The notes below the pieces were generated by a model that worked only from the letters and a program-made list of their open reading frames with translations, was not told where the DNA came from and searched no databases. Positions 25,395-35,789 of a DNA stretch of 59,075 nucleotides are shown one piece after another; position 1 is the first letter of the stretch; the number at the start of each line of letters is the position of its first letter. Source of the DNA: Minisyncoccota bacterium (lineage in GTDB: Bacteria; Patescibacteriota; Minisyncoccia; Phycocordibacterales; UBA9973); contig DATJJU010000012.1 in NCBI GenBank assembly GCA_035491955.1, forward strand, positions 1 to 59,075. Direction: 5' to 3'. The position numbers were made by a program, and so were the translations under genes.

Positions 25395-25646
25395 ATGGAT
25401 ACAAATAACGCACAGTTTCATGGAAGTATAGGAGCACCGGCATGGATTCATGCTGTTGGCCCGCTTCTTATCTTATTAATAATCTGGACTATTTTTTGGA
25501 AAGGGTTGGCATTGTGGCATGCAGGCCGCAGAGGTCACGCATGGTGGTTCGTCTTCATGCTTATCCTCAATACTGCCGGCATTCTTGAAATCATCTACCT
25601 CTTCGGCGTCTTGAAACTAAAATTCTCAAAACTTTTCAGTAAGTAA
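25395..25646 (+). CDS. DUF5652-family small membrane protein
   Basis: WTIFWKGLALWHAGRRGHAWWFVFMLILNTAGILEIIYLF is the DUF5652 signature common in CPR genomes. The ORF opens at 25377 and the ATG is at 25395, with TATACT 6 nt upstream. Confidence 0.7.
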   Translation: MDTNNAQFHGSIGAPAWIHAVGPLLILLIIWTIFWKGLALWHAGRRGHAWWFVFMLILNTAGILEIIYLFGVLKLKFSKLFSK

Positions 25647-25647
25647 C

Positions 25648-26181
25648 ATGCTTGAACAGTTTCCATCTTCGGAATCAAAAGAAAATACTCCCATACAGAC
25701 GGAGGAGGTTCTTAACGCAATGGCCACTAAAGGAAAGGAAAATCCTGAGGCCAAAGAACTATTGATACGTTGGCAAGATCAGCACTACGAAAAAATAAAT
25801 GCTATTCCTGATCCTGATAAACAAGTTGCCGCTGCACTGTCTTTTGATCTGCTCCTGATGGAAATGTATTTTGAAGCAGGGTACTGGGAATATGCACTCA
25901 GCATGTTGGAGGGAGAGAACAGCCTATTGGAGGCAGCTCACCTTTCAAATAACGATCAGCTGTACGATCTTATAACCGATTTAATCGAAAAAATAAAAAG
26001 TCGTGCAGCCTCTCATGCAGAAGTAGTCCCGCCCGAAGGTATTCCACCAAACAATATAGAGGATTTTTCTACTGAAGAATTGCAGAAGAAGCTCCAGCAG
26101 GCTATTTCTCCCGACACTGAGGACTATGATCTTGCTGCTCGTATACAAGCTGAACTGAAAAAGCGTTCACTGGAAGATTAA
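25648..26181 (+). CDS. Hypothetical acidic helical protein
   Basis: 177-aa ORF whose start abuts the previous stop. No family recognised. Confidence 0.45.
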   Translation: MLEQFPSSESKENTPIQTEEVLNAMATKGKENPEAKELLIRWQDQHYEKINAIPDPDKQVAAALSFDLLLMEMYFEAGYWEYALSMLEGENSLLEAAHLSNNDQLYDLITDLIEKIKSRAASHAEVVPPEGIPPNNIEDFSTEELQKKLQQAISPDTEDYDLAARIQAELKKRSLED

Positions 26182-26265
26182 TTATCAATTTTTCCTAAAG
26201 AAAAAAGGCCAGTTATTAAGGTTTTGGGGTGAGAAGTGCGGGGGAATATCTGCTATACTACAGAC

Positions 26266-27015
26266 ATGGCTACGACGTATAAAATTATTGAGAGTAATTT
26301 TTTAGTGGATGATGTTCTGCCCAAGAATATCAGTAATAAGCAATATACGTTCAAATTCAAGGACATGCCTGACGAGGATAAGCCTCGTGAGAAATTGTCA
26401 CAATACGGTCCTTCCGCTCTCTCTGTACAAGAGCTTGTAGCAATAGTGCTGCAGACTGGCACCAAAAAAGAGGATGTCATGAGCATGGCCTCTCGCATTA
26501 TCAAGGATTATGGGACGCGCACATTGGCGAGCCAGACTGATGCTCAGAAATTAGCAAAGGATCTGGACGTTCCTATTGCCAAGGCTATGCAAATCGTGGC
26601 CTGTGCTGAGCTCGGTCGCCGTTTCTTCGACAAGCGCGCAGCTGGTCCGCAAACCATCCGCACTGCCAAAGATGTCTTTGAATATCTACAAGACATGCGC
26701 AATCTGCCAAAAGAGCATTTGCGTGGCATTTATCTCAATACCCATCACAAAGTCATTCACGATGAGGTCATTTCTATAGGCACTATCAATAGCAACCTCG
26801 TTCATCCTCGCGAAGTATTCAAGCCTGCTATTGAGCACGGGGCAGCAGGAGTTATTTTGGCTCACAATCATCCGTCTGGCATTGTAACGCCCAGCCAGGC
26901 AGATATTGAGATCACAAAGCATATTATCGAGGTCGGCAAGATCATTGGCATACCTGTCATCGATCATGTCGTGATCGGAGGTAATAAATTTATCAGCATA
27001 GACGTAGAATATTAA
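26266..27015 (+). CDS. radC: RadC-family JAB/MPN domain protein
   Basis: HhH-like N-terminus (ELVAIVLQTG) and JAMM motif ILAHNHPSG. I prefer the ATG at 26266 (TATACT 6 nt upstream) over the ORF opening at 26236. Confidence 0.9.
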   Translation: MATTYKIIESNFLVDDVLPKNISNKQYTFKFKDMPDEDKPREKLSQYGPSALSVQELVAIVLQTGTKKEDVMSMASRIIKDYGTRTLASQTDAQKLAKDLDVPIAKAMQIVACAELGRRFFDKRAAGPQTIRTAKDVFEYLQDMRNLPKEHLRGIYLNTHHKVIHDEVISIGTINSNLVHPREVFKPAIEHGAAGVILAHNHPSGIVTPSQADIEITKHIIEVGKIIGIPVIDHVVIGGNKFISIDVEY

Positions 27016-27016
27016 T

Positions 27017-27325
27017 ATGAAGACAAAAACATACCGACTTCCAACAATTTCAGCATATTTCACCAATATTTCCGCTATTGATAAGCTTGCAGTCCTTCAT
27101 GACGCTCCTATAGATGTCGAAGTGACCGAGCTGCAAATGTATTTCAACGATTTGTACCAAGTACTTCTTCATCGACTTTCTGAATACGCCATTACTGATA
27201 GCCCATCAACCAAAGATGAAGACAAGCTCGTGGCTATGTTTCTTGAATTCATTAAGACAAAACATGCACTGCATGGAGGCTCTGACACTGACCGTTCGCT
27301 AAGCTCAGGGCACGCCAAGAATTAA
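27017..27325 (+). CDS. Hypothetical protein
   Basis: 102-aa ORF starting 1 nt after the radC stop. Its stop overlaps the convergent comFC stop by 4 nt. Confidence 0.4.
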   Translation: MKTKTYRLPTISAYFTNISAIDKLAVLHDAPIDVEVTELQMYFNDLYQVLLHRLSEYAITDSPSTKDEDKLVAMFLEFIKTKHALHGGSDTDRSLSSGHAKN

Positions 27326-27978
27326 TTAAAGCGATTGGCGTGGCCGTGAGCGATGGCTACGGCACAAATATTTCTGGCACCAGCCGCGCATAAAGCGCGG
27401 CTGGCTTCGTTTATAGTACTGCTTGTCGTAATAACGTCGTCTACTAATATATAGAGTGTTTTTCTATCCAACTTCTGTGTAGCCCGCATTGAACCCTTTA
27501 GATTTTTCTGTCGCTCAGCTTTGCTCATAGCCTTGGCTTGCGGAATCGTAGATCTGTGTTTCTTTATCATAGGTCGGACCTCTGTAGAGGGGATATATCG
27601 TGAAAGCCATTTAGCAATAAGGGCACTTTGATTAAAGCCTCGCTGGAAGGTCTTGGTGTAATGCTGAGGAATAGGGACTAGGACAATTTTTGTCGGAGTA
27701 GTGCTCTGAAGTAGCGAAGAGAGAAATTCAATGACTTCCGGAGCGCCATGCTGGGCTAATATTTTTGCCGCTGCGCTTTTGTGGTGATATTTCAATTCCC
27801 AAATGGCTTTCTGCACGATTTTGTTGCCGTAATCAAAAAATGCCATAGAAGGAATGTCTTCTAATATAAGAGGGGATTGAGGAATTGTAGCGAGGCAGGC
27901 AGAACAAAGAGCCGTACCGCTTTTTTGACAGCCTCTACAGCGTTCCGGAAACAGGATAGACAGAATATGGTCAAACAT
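27322..27978 (-). CDS. comFC: ComF-family phosphoribosyltransferase-domain protein (ComFC)
   Basis: N-terminal zinc-finger-like C..C......C..C (CRGCQKSGTALCSAC) and PRT motif ILVDDVITTSST. I prefer the start at Met-30 of the ORF (27978) because the longer form would overlap pilM. Confidence 0.8.
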   Translation of the reverse strand: MFDHILSILFPERCRGCQKSGTALCSACLATIPQSPLILEDIPSMAFFDYGNKIVQKAIWELKYHHKSAAAKILAQHGAPEVIEFLSSLLQSTTPTKIVLVPIPQHYTKTFQRGFNQSALIAKWLSRYIPSTEVRPMIKKHRSTIPQAKAMSKAERQKNLKGSMRATQKLDRKTLYILVDDVITTSSTINEASRALCAAGARNICAVAIAHGHANRFN

Positions 27979-28012
27979 GGGAAATCGGAAATTGTGCGAT
28001 ATACTGTATTGC

Positions 28013-29143
28013 ATGGACAGTATACTCTCTAGTATTAAAAACGCTCTATCGGGCCTCTTCGGCAAAGCTGGTGATAACAGAGTGGTGGGTATTGATATCG
28101 GCAGCTCTTCTATTAAGGTAGTGGAATTAAAAAAAGAAAGCGGACGGATAGTGCTTGATACTTATGGAGCACTGGCGCTTGGTCAATACAATCAAGGCGG
28201 AGTAGTCGGCCAGGCTACCAACCTTAGTCAGGAAATTCTTGTTACCGCTCTCAAAGACGTATTAAAGGAGACGAATATCACTAGTACTAATGTTGTGCTC
28301 GGCATTCCTTCTATCTCAAGCATTATTTTCATACTACAGCTTCCATCTGAGATTGAAGAAAAAAATCTACCAACCGTTATTCCAGGGGAATCAAAGAAAT
28401 TCATTCCTGTACCACTTGAAGATGTTTCTCTCGATTGGTATGTCTTGCCTCGCCGAGAAGACTCTGGTGATGAAAGTCGTACTCTGACAGAAAGCGGCAA
28501 CATTGCAACCATGTCAGTATTGGTAGTGGCAACGCTGAACGAAACCCTAACGAAATACACGCAAGTCTTGCAAGGCGCAGCGCTTCCGGTGGATTCATTG
28601 GAGATCGAAGTCTTCAGCCATATTCGTTCTGTCATGACTCGCGAACTCTTTCCTGTGATGATTGTTGATATCGGCGCATCGAAGACAAAGCTTACTATTG
28701 TAGAGCACGGCATTGTTGAAACATTCCGTTTGGTGAACAAAGGCTCTCAGGATATCACGCTGGCGCTCAGTCATGCTCTTGAATTATCATTTGAACAAGC
28801 CGAAAATCTTAAAAAACAGAATGGTCTCATTGCTGCACCGGAATATCCACGCATGGTAGAGCCGATGAAAGTGCAGTTTGCTGATATTTTCCAAGAAACA
28901 AACTCTACTATTCTTGCGTATGAGAAGCGCTACAACAAAAATATCGGCAAGATTATCTTTACTGGCGGGGGAGCAATGACTCGCGGGCTCTTGGACTACG
29001 CAAAACAGAGTTTTTCTGCGGAATTAGTGATCGCAGATCCGTTTTCAAAAGTTGAAGCACCAGTCTTCCTTGGTGGCGTACTTAAAAATACCGGACCAGA
29101 ATTTTCTGCTGCCCTTGGTTTGGCGCTTAAGAAAATTCAGTAA
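28013..29143 (+). CDS. pilM: Type IV pilus assembly protein PilM (actin-like ATPase fold)
   Basis: VGIDIGSSSIKVVELK N-terminus and typical PilM length. ATG 28013 is preceded by TATACT at 28000-28005. Confidence 0.85.
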   Translation: MDSILSSIKNALSGLFGKAGDNRVVGIDIGSSSIKVVELKKESGRIVLDTYGALALGQYNQGGVVGQATNLSQEILVTALKDVLKETNITSTNVVLGIPSISSIIFILQLPSEIEEKNLPTVIPGESKKFIPVPLEDVSLDWYVLPRREDSGDESRTLTESGNIATMSVLVVATLNETLTKYTQVLQGAALPVDSLEIEVFSHIRSVMTRELFPVMIVDIGASKTKLTIVEHGIVETFRLVNKGSQDITLALSHALELSFEQAENLKKQNGLIAAPEYPRMVEPMKVQFADIFQETNSTILAYEKRYNKNIGKIIFTGGGAMTRGLLDYAKQSFSAELVIADPFSKVEAPVFLGGVLKNTGPEFSAALGLALKKIQ

Positions 29144-29204
29144 TCCACTTTCGGCTCTTTTTCTTGTACATATATAGTATGTGCATGGTATACTTTTTGT
29201 ATCA

Positions 29205-29882
29205 ATGGAACCAATTGTCTCAACATCGTTCATTCCGAAACGACCAGTCTCAACTGATCCAGTTGCTTCTTCATCAGCGCATCATCGCGGCTCAATGGGC
29301 TTGCTTTCAGTCATCACTATCGTCATCGTACTCGGTACTATCGTAGCGTTTGGCGGCGTGTATCTCTATCAGCAAACACTTGTTTCTCAAAAAGCTCACC
29401 TTCAGCAGCAGATCACTACTGCTCAAAATGGTCTTGGTACGACCTTTGTCTCTGACATGCAGCGTTTGAGTAACCGTATCGGCAGCGTGAAGACGTTGAT
29501 CGACAATCACGTTGTAGTTTCTCCGATCTTTGCAGCATTGCAGGCTACGACATTGCAAACAGTACAGTACCGTACTTTCACATATCAGTTCACTACTGAT
29601 CCGGGAACCAACGCCAAGCTCGTGCAGGTAGAGATTACTGGTATTGCTAAGGACTACAACACATTGGCATTGCAGTCAGATGCATTTGCGCAGAGTACTC
29701 TTATCAAAAATCCCGTCTTCTCCAATCTGACGGTAGAGGACAAGACTTCATTGGTTGATTTCAAATTGGTTTTCACAGTAAACCCAAGCAGCTTGTCGTA
29801 TGAGTCGTTTATAACAGGGAAACAGGCCGCTAACCCTTCGCAAAGCTCAGGGTCTACGACTCCTAATACTCCTACCCATTAA
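29205..29882 (+). CDS. pilN: PilN-like bitopic pilus alignment protein
   Basis: Short cytoplasmic N-terminus (SFIPKRP), a single TM helix, then a coiled coil. Position after pilM fits. The ORF opens at GTG 29181, so the start is uncertain. Confidence 0.5.
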   Translation: MEPIVSTSFIPKRPVSTDPVASSSAHHRGSMGLLSVITIVIVLGTIVAFGGVYLYQQTLVSQKAHLQQQITTAQNGLGTTFVSDMQRLSNRIGSVKTLIDNHVVVSPIFAALQATTLQTVQYRTFTYQFTTDPGTNAKLVQVEITGIAKDYNTLALQSDAFAQSTLIKNPVFSNLTVEDKTSLVDFKLVFTVNPSSLSYESFITGKQAANPSQSSGSTTPNTPTH

Positions 29883-29886
29883 TATT

Positions 29887-30489
29887 ATGAGATATTTTTT
29901 CCTACTACTTCTAATAACGGCCTCTATCGGAGTATTCATCGGCTTTATTGTTCCTCGCTATCATATTGTGCAGGGCTTGCAAGCGGATGTGGCTTCATAC
30001 AATGCCAACCTTGCTACGGCGACCAAGCTTGAGCAGTCTCGCGAATCGCTGATCGCACAGTACAATGATATTCAAAAAACCGACTTGGATAATATCAATA
30101 CGCTGCTTCCGGATAGTGTCGATAATATTCGCCTGATCATTCAGATCAACTCGCTCGCTACCAAGGACGGTCTTTCATCATTGCGCTCTGTAGACTACGA
30201 TACCAACCAAGCACCAGCTGCAACAGGTGGTACGGGCAGCAATTCCAATTCTGCTACTACTCAAAATCCTAGCGATGATAATCTTCCATACGGCAAGTTC
30301 ACTATTTCTTTCATTACAGCAGGACAATACTCAAATTTCCTAGCCTTCTTGTCTGACCTTGAGCAGAATCTTCGCTTAGTTGATGTATCTGAGGTTGATT
30401 TCAGCGCTGTTACTGCCGGCACTGGCACAACATCAGTTGCCAGCGGATTGAATTACAAGGTGACATTAACAACTTATTGGTTAAAATAA
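29887..30489 (+). CDS. pilO: PilO-like pilus alignment protein
   Basis: N-terminal TM helix, coiled coil, and C-terminal ferredoxin-like region. Gene order pilM-N-O fits. Confidence 0.55.
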   Translation: MRYFFLLLLITASIGVFIGFIVPRYHIVQGLQADVASYNANLATATKLEQSRESLIAQYNDIQKTDLDNINTLLPDSVDNIRLIIQINSLATKDGLSSLRSVDYDTNQAPAATGGTGSNSNSATTQNPSDDNLPYGKFTISFITAGQYSNFLAFLSDLEQNLRLVDVSEVDFSAVTAGTGTTSVASGLNYKVTLTTYWLK

Positions 30490-30493
30490 TACT

Positions 30494-31144
30494 ATGAGCA
30501 AAGGAGTAAAAATTTTCGCAATAGTAGTCGGCATCATAGCAGTGCTGATCTTTGTCTTCTCTCATCTTGGCGGAAGCTCTGCTGGCGATACTAGTCTTAC
30601 CACTACTGCTACTCCTGCTAATACTGCATTGCCGGGTGGCGGTGGAGCAATTGCTCAAGCAGATAGCGCTTCTGACTTTACAAGCCTTCTGTCTCGCATC
30701 AGTAGCATCAATCTTGATACGTCACTCTTTTCAAATGCAGGATACCTCGCGCTTCGCAACAATCCAGTAAATCTCGGTACCGCTATTATTGGCCGTCAAA
30801 ATCCTTTTGCACCGATTGGTACAGACACTGCTGTCTCACAACAGCAGGGAACACTGTCTGTACAAACGCTTGCACCAGGCAAAGTCGTTGCAACATCAGC
30901 AGAGTTCGGTGCTTTGATCACGGCCTCAAACCTTTCTCCGACCACAGTGGTTTTCCAGTATGGCACTAGCGATGCATTCGGCAGCACTTCCGCACCGGTA
31001 GCAGTCAGTAAAAATGGCACAGCGCTTGCCACAGTTGCTAACCTTACTCCAGGCACCACGTACTATGTCGCAGCAGTAGCGGTACAAGGTTCGAATACCA
31101 TTACTGGCAATATTATGTCATTCACTACTCCAGCAGGACACTAA
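30494..31144 (+). CDS. Membrane-anchored PilP-like protein with a C-terminal FN3-like domain
   Basis: TM helix, GRQNPFAP motif (PilP-type xNPF), and a C-terminal beta domain ending LTPGTTYYV..V...G......SFTT (fibronectin-III-like). Confidence 0.5.
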   Translation: MSKGVKIFAIVVGIIAVLIFVFSHLGGSSAGDTSLTTTATPANTALPGGGGAIAQADSASDFTSLLSRISSINLDTSLFSNAGYLALRNNPVNLGTAIIGRQNPFAPIGTDTAVSQQQGTLSVQTLAPGKVVATSAEFGALITASNLSPTTVVFQYGTSDAFGSTSAPVAVSKNGTALATVANLTPGTTYYVAAVAVQGSNTITGNIMSFTTPAGH

Positions 31145-31146
31145 CA

Positions 31147-32895
31147 ATGTTTCTCGACTTTCTTCTTTCTCAGAATATGATCGACGAGCTCCAATACAAT
31201 CGCGTATTGGCTGAGCTTGATCATGAATACAATGGCGACATGACTGCCGCGCTTGTTGCAGTTGGTTTGAAAGAGGATGCGATCACGCAATCTAAAGCCA
31301 GCTTCTATCATTTGCCCTATGTGAAAGTTGGAGAGCATGATGTCACACCTGAGAGCTTGCACTACATTCCTGAAGAAGCAGCACAGCAGTACAAATTTGT
31401 ACCGTTAAGCTTTTCTGATGGCGTGCTTTCTATTGGTGTGACAGAACCAGAAAACATTGAAGGCATGAATGCACTGCAGTTCATGTCAGTGAAGCTTGGT
31501 GTGCCGTTCAAAATGTTTCTGATCTCTCCGAGCGATCGTGAGCGCATTATGCAGTCATATAAAAGTCTCAGCGCTGTAGCGACACAAGATGTCAACGAAC
31601 TTGATAAAGAGCTGCAAGGAGACTTGGAGCTTTCTACCAAATCCGATCAACCGCTTGGCACGACCGCTATTAAAAAGAGCACTATCGATGATGCAAAGCA
31701 AAATGGCAAGATCGTAGAGGATGCACCGATTATCAAAATTGTGGCGGTTATTATTGAACATGCTGTAGAAGGTCTGGCATCCGATATTCACATTGAAAAT
31801 ACTGGTTCTGCAGTGAATGTGCGCTATCGTGTAGACGGTACATTGCACACCACGCTTGTCCTGCCGCTTGGAAGTTTTGACGCTATCATTGCTCGTATCA
31901 AAATTCTGTCCAAGCTTCGTCTTGATGAGAAGCGCAAGCCGCAAGACGGAAGCTTTGCCACGGTTATTGATGGGCGAAAAATTGAATTCCGTGTTTCTAC
32001 CTTCCCGGCATATTACGGTGAAAAGGTAGTACTTCGTATTTTGGACTCAGAGCATGGTGTCAAAAATCTTGATGACCTTGATATGACACCGGAAGATTTG
32101 CAGATGGTGAAGGAAGGTCTTGCTCGTCCATACGGATTGATCCTTATTTCTGGTCCGACAGGATCAGGTAAAAGTACTACGCTGTACTCAATGCTCTCTG
32201 CGGTGGACAAAGAGGGAAGTAATGTCGTGTCATTGGAAGATCCTGTGGAATATCAGATTCCAGGTGTGACGCAATCGCAAGTTATGCCAGAAATTGGGTA
32301 TACCTTTGCCTCTGGTCTGCGCTCTATCCTTCGTCAGGACCCGAACATTATCATGGTGGGTGAAATTCGTGATAAAGAAACGGCAGAGCTAGCCATTCAG
32401 GCTGCGCTAACAGGCCACTTAGTGCTTTCAACTATCCACACCAACAGTGCTATTGGTATTATTCCTCGTTTAGTGGACATGGGTATTGATCCATATTTGA
32501 TCGCACCGACATTGATCATGGCTATGGCTCAGCGTTTGGTTCGCAAAGTACACCCAAGCTCTCGTCATGAAGTACCAATGGATGAAGCGACAAAAGAATT
32601 CATCGATAAGCAATTTACTGATCTTGATCCGAAGTACAAAGAGAAGCTGGGTATTGGAGATAAAATGTTTGAAATTCGCCCTTCATCAGAAGCTCCATCC
32701 GGTACCCGTGGGCGTATCGCAGTATTTGAAATGTTCAACATTGACCGTGAAATGCAGCAGGTCATTTTGAAAAACCCTACTGAACCAGAAATTTACAAAC
32801 TCGCTCGGTCAAAAGGCATGATCAGTCTCAAGGAAGACGGTATCCTCAAAGCCCTCAAAGGCGAAGTAGATATGAAAGAAGTGTACGGCCTTTAA
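31147..32895 (+). CDS. pilB: Type IV pilus assembly ATPase PilB (GspE family)
   Basis: N-terminal GSPII-E domain, Walker A GPTGSGKST, Asp box, Walker B IIMVGEIRD, His box. Confidence 0.95.
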   Translation: MFLDFLLSQNMIDELQYNRVLAELDHEYNGDMTAALVAVGLKEDAITQSKASFYHLPYVKVGEHDVTPESLHYIPEEAAQQYKFVPLSFSDGVLSIGVTEPENIEGMNALQFMSVKLGVPFKMFLISPSDRERIMQSYKSLSAVATQDVNELDKELQGDLELSTKSDQPLGTTAIKKSTIDDAKQNGKIVEDAPIIKIVAVIIEHAVEGLASDIHIENTGSAVNVRYRVDGTLHTTLVLPLGSFDAIIARIKILSKLRLDEKRKPQDGSFATVIDGRKIEFRVSTFPAYYGEKVVLRILDSEHGVKNLDDLDMTPEDLQMVKEGLARPYGLILISGPTGSGKSTTLYSMLSAVDKEGSNVVSLEDPVEYQIPGVTQSQVMPEIGYTFASGLRSILRQDPNIIMVGEIRDKETAELAIQAALTGHLVLSTIHTNSAIGIIPRLVDMGIDPYLIAPTLIMAMAQRLVRKVHPSSRHEVPMDEATKEFIDKQFTDLDPKYKEKLGIGDKMFEIRPSSEAPSGTRGRIAVFEMFNIDREMQQVILKNPTEPEIYKLARSKGMISLKEDGILKALKGEVDMKEVYGL

Positions 32896-32919
32896 TTTTC
32901 ACGATATACTATAAACAAC

Positions 32920-33978
32920 ATGGATTATAAAAAATCTTTTGAAGAACTGATCGATATTTTGATACAGCAGGATGGATCAGACTTGCATATTTCGACTGGG
33001 CGAATGCCATCAGTGCGCGTGAATGGAGAATTGGTATTTTTACTTAACCGTCCTGAGACTACACAGGATGATGTCAGCGGCATGCTCAAAGCTATTTTGA
33101 ATGAAGGACACTACAAGCACTTTGTTGAACATGAAGAGTTGGACTTCTCGTATGAATATCAGGACAAGCATCGCCTTCGCGGCAACGCATTCGTACAGCA
33201 GGGCAAGCTTGGCGTAGTGCTTCGTCTTATTCCAGAAGTGAAGTCATTGGAAGAATTGAATCTTCCGCCGATCTTGGCAGAGTTCGCTCGCAAGCGACAA
33301 GGCTTCTTCCTCGTGGTGGGTCCAGTGGGCCAAGGTAAGTCAGCAACGATGGCTTCTATGGTGCGTATCATCAATGAAGAAAAGGCTGCGCACGTCCTTA
33401 CTATCGAAGACCCAGTAGAGTACACCTACCCCGCAGGCAAATCTATTATTGATCAGCGTGAAGTCGGCATTGATACGGCAGACTTCGAAGTAGCATTGAA
33501 CTCAGCCTTTCGTCAGGACGTGAATGCTATCTTGATCGGTGAAATGCGTAATGCAGAAACCATTGGTACCGCTGTGACCGCGGCAGAAACAGGTCACTTA
33601 GTGCTTTCAACCCTTCACACCAACAATGCTTCACAGACCATTGACCGTATCATCGACTCATTCCCAGCAGGGCAGCAAGAACAGATCCGTATTCAGCTCG
33701 CGAGTTCACTGCTCGGCATCTTCTCTCAGCGTCTTATTCCTCGCATTGCCGGAGGTCGTATTCCAGCCTATGAGCTTTTGATCAACAACAACGCTGTAGC
33801 AAACCTTATTCGTGAAAAGCGCACGCACGAGATTGATACAGTTATTGAGACAGGTTCAGAGCTTGGTATGATTGATATGAACCGTTCGCTCGTTGATCTT
33901 ATTCGTCGAGGAGAAATCACTGTCGAAAATGCCTTTGCCTACGCTATCAACCCTAAGAGTCTGGAGCGATTGTTATAG
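32920..33978 (+). CDS. pilT: Twitching-motility retraction ATPase PilT
   Basis: 352 aa with DLHI motif, Walker A GPVGQGKS, ILIGEMR, GHLVLSTLHTN, and AxNLIRE. Confidence 0.9.
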   Translation: MDYKKSFEELIDILIQQDGSDLHISTGRMPSVRVNGELVFLLNRPETTQDDVSGMLKAILNEGHYKHFVEHEELDFSYEYQDKHRLRGNAFVQQGKLGVVLRLIPEVKSLEELNLPPILAEFARKRQGFFLVVGPVGQGKSATMASMVRIINEEKAAHVLTIEDPVEYTYPAGKSIIDQREVGIDTADFEVALNSAFRQDVNAILIGEMRNAETIGTAVTAAETGHLVLSTLHTNNASQTIDRIIDSFPAGQQEQIRIQLASSLLGIFSQRLIPRIAGGRIPAYELLINNNAVANLIREKRTHEIDTVIETGSELGMIDMNRSLVDLIRRGEITVENAFAYAINPKSLERLL

Positions 33979-33981
33979 TAT

Positions 33982-35187
33982 ATGATTTACGTTTATTCAG
34001 CTGTCACCGATAAAGGAGAAAAGCGCGAGGGTACGATTGAAGCCGTCAATCAGGAGCTTGCTGTGGCTGGTCTTCAGCGCCGCGGACTAATCGTTGTTTC
34101 TATTAAAAACGAAGAACAGGCCAAGAAATGGTTTGAACTCACTCTCTGGGAGCACATACCAATGAAAGACATCGTGATCTTGTCACGACAGGTGTCGACA
34201 CTCTTTGAAGCACAGGTTTCTGCTCTTAAAGCCTTCAGCTTGCTGGCTGATAATACTGAGAATAAAATCTTGGGCCGAAAGCTCAACAGTATTGTTTCCG
34301 ATTTGCAGGCCGGTTCATCTATTGCCGGCGCAATGGCCAAGCAGAGTGATGTCTTCTCTGATTTCTATATCAACATGGTCAAAGCCGGCGAAGAGTCCGG
34401 TAATCTTACGCAGGTGTTCTCATACTTGGCAGACTATTTGGATCGTCAGTATGCACTTACCACCAAAACAAAGAATGCATTGGTCTACCCAGCCTTCGTT
34501 ATCGGAGTGTTCTTCGTTGTGATGATCCTGATGTTTACTGTTATCATTCCGAAACTGTCCGCTATTATTTTGGACTCAGGTCAGACTGTGCCGATTTATA
34601 CGCAAATTGTCTTTGGTATTAGTAACTTCTTTGTGAATTATGGTATCTTTTTACTCATCTTTTTTGCTGTATTCATTGCGTATGCTATTTTTCTTGCGCG
34701 CACTCCAAAAGGCAAAGAACTTATTGATGATATAAAGTTCGGCACACCGCTTATCGGCAATCTCTACACCAAGCTCTACCTCGCTCGTATCGCTGACAAC
34801 ATGGACACTATGCTTTCATCCGGTATTCCTATTGTGCGCGCTATTGAAATTACAGCGCAAGTAGTGGGGAATAGGCGCTATCAGGATGTCTTACTAGCTG
34901 CCATGGAAGAGGTCAAAGCTGGTAAAGCCTTCTCTCAAGCACTGTCGGGTCACAAAGAAGTGCCGAAGCTTATGTCGCAGATCATTCGTGTTGGTGAAGA
35001 AACCGGTTCTGTCGGTTCTATCTTGAAAATGCTGGCGAAGTTCTATAACCGTGAAGTCGATCAAACCATCGATACTCTGGTCGGTCTTATCGAGCCATTT
35101 ATGATCGTCTTCCTAGGTATTGGCGTTGGTATTCTGCTCGTGTCAGTCCTTGTCCCTATTTACAACATTGCTGGCGGTATCTCATAG
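33982..35187 (+). CDS. pilC: Type IV pilus platform protein PilC (GspF family)
   Basis: 401 aa with two GspF repeats and three TM segments. Confidence 0.9.
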   Translation: MIYVYSAVTDKGEKREGTIEAVNQELAVAGLQRRGLIVVSIKNEEQAKKWFELTLWEHIPMKDIVILSRQVSTLFEAQVSALKAFSLLADNTENKILGRKLNSIVSDLQAGSSIAGAMAKQSDVFSDFYINMVKAGEESGNLTQVFSYLADYLDRQYALTTKTKNALVYPAFVIGVFFVVMILMFTVIIPKLSAIILDSGQTVPIYTQIVFGISNFFVNYGIFLLIFFAVFIAYAIFLARTPKGKELIDDIKFGTPLIGNLYTKLYLARIADNMDTMLSSGIPIVRAIEITAQVVGNRRYQDVLLAAMEEVKAGKAFSQALSGHKEVPKLMSQIIRVGEETGSVGSILKMLAKFYNREVDQTIDTLVGLIEPFMIVFLGIGVGILLVSVLVPIYNIAGGIS

Positions 35188-35266
35188 GTGGTATACTTTT
35201 ATTGTTACAAGTCATTTGTAATAATCGATTATTATTTGTTTAATGTTCTCTCTAAGAAATCTTTTT

Positions 35267-35776
35267 ATGAAGAAATCACTTAACAGAGGTTTCACCTTGA
35301 TCGAACTTTTGGTGGTTATTGCCATCATCGGTATCTTGGCTTCCGTTATCCTTGCATCGTTGAACTCAGCGCGTGCAAAGGGTGCAGATGCTGCGACCAA
35401 GTCTGATCTCTCTAATGCTCGTGCTCAAGCAGAGCTGTACTACGATAGTAACCAGCAAAGCTATTCAGGCGTTTGTAACGCTCTTAGTAGTGCTAATCCA
35501 GGTGGTATCAAGGATATGATCATCGATGCTCAAACAAAGCTTGGTGGTGGATATACTTATAACCTCACCTTGGCTAACGCCGGTGGACCAGCTGTTGTGA
35601 CTTGTCACGATACTGCTAATAGTGGTACAACAGCATCAGGCTGGGCAGCACAAGTACCATTGAAGACTACTCCTGGAAGCTTCTTCTGTGTAGACAGTAC
35701 TGGCGCAACCAAAGGCGGTGCCGGACAAGCAGCAGAAACAACTGCACTCCAAGGAGGTTCAGTTCAGTGTCCATAA
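35267..35776 (+). CDS. pilA: Major type IV pilin (prepilin)
   Basis: Leader MKKSLNRG followed by FTLIELLVVIAIIGILA (class III signal, Glu+5). Followed by a strong terminator. Confidence 0.85.
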   Translation: MKKSLNRGFTLIELLVVIAIIGILASVILASLNSARAKGADAATKSDLSNARAQAELYYDSNQQSYSGVCNALSSANPGGIKDMIIDAQTKLGGGYTYNLTLANAGGPAVVTCHDTANSGTTASGWAAQVPLKTTPGSFFCVDSTGATKGGAGQAAETTALQGGSVQCP

Positions 35777-35789
35777 TCTCTTTTATGCA

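Noticed and set aside
27977-28065. Longer forms of pilM (start 27977) and comFC (start 28065) that would overlap head-to-head by ~90 nt
   Set aside because: Internal ATGs (28013 and 27978) give conserved N-termini (MDSIL...VGIDIGS and MFDHIL...CRGC). They also leave a compact divergent promoter region with a TATACT box.
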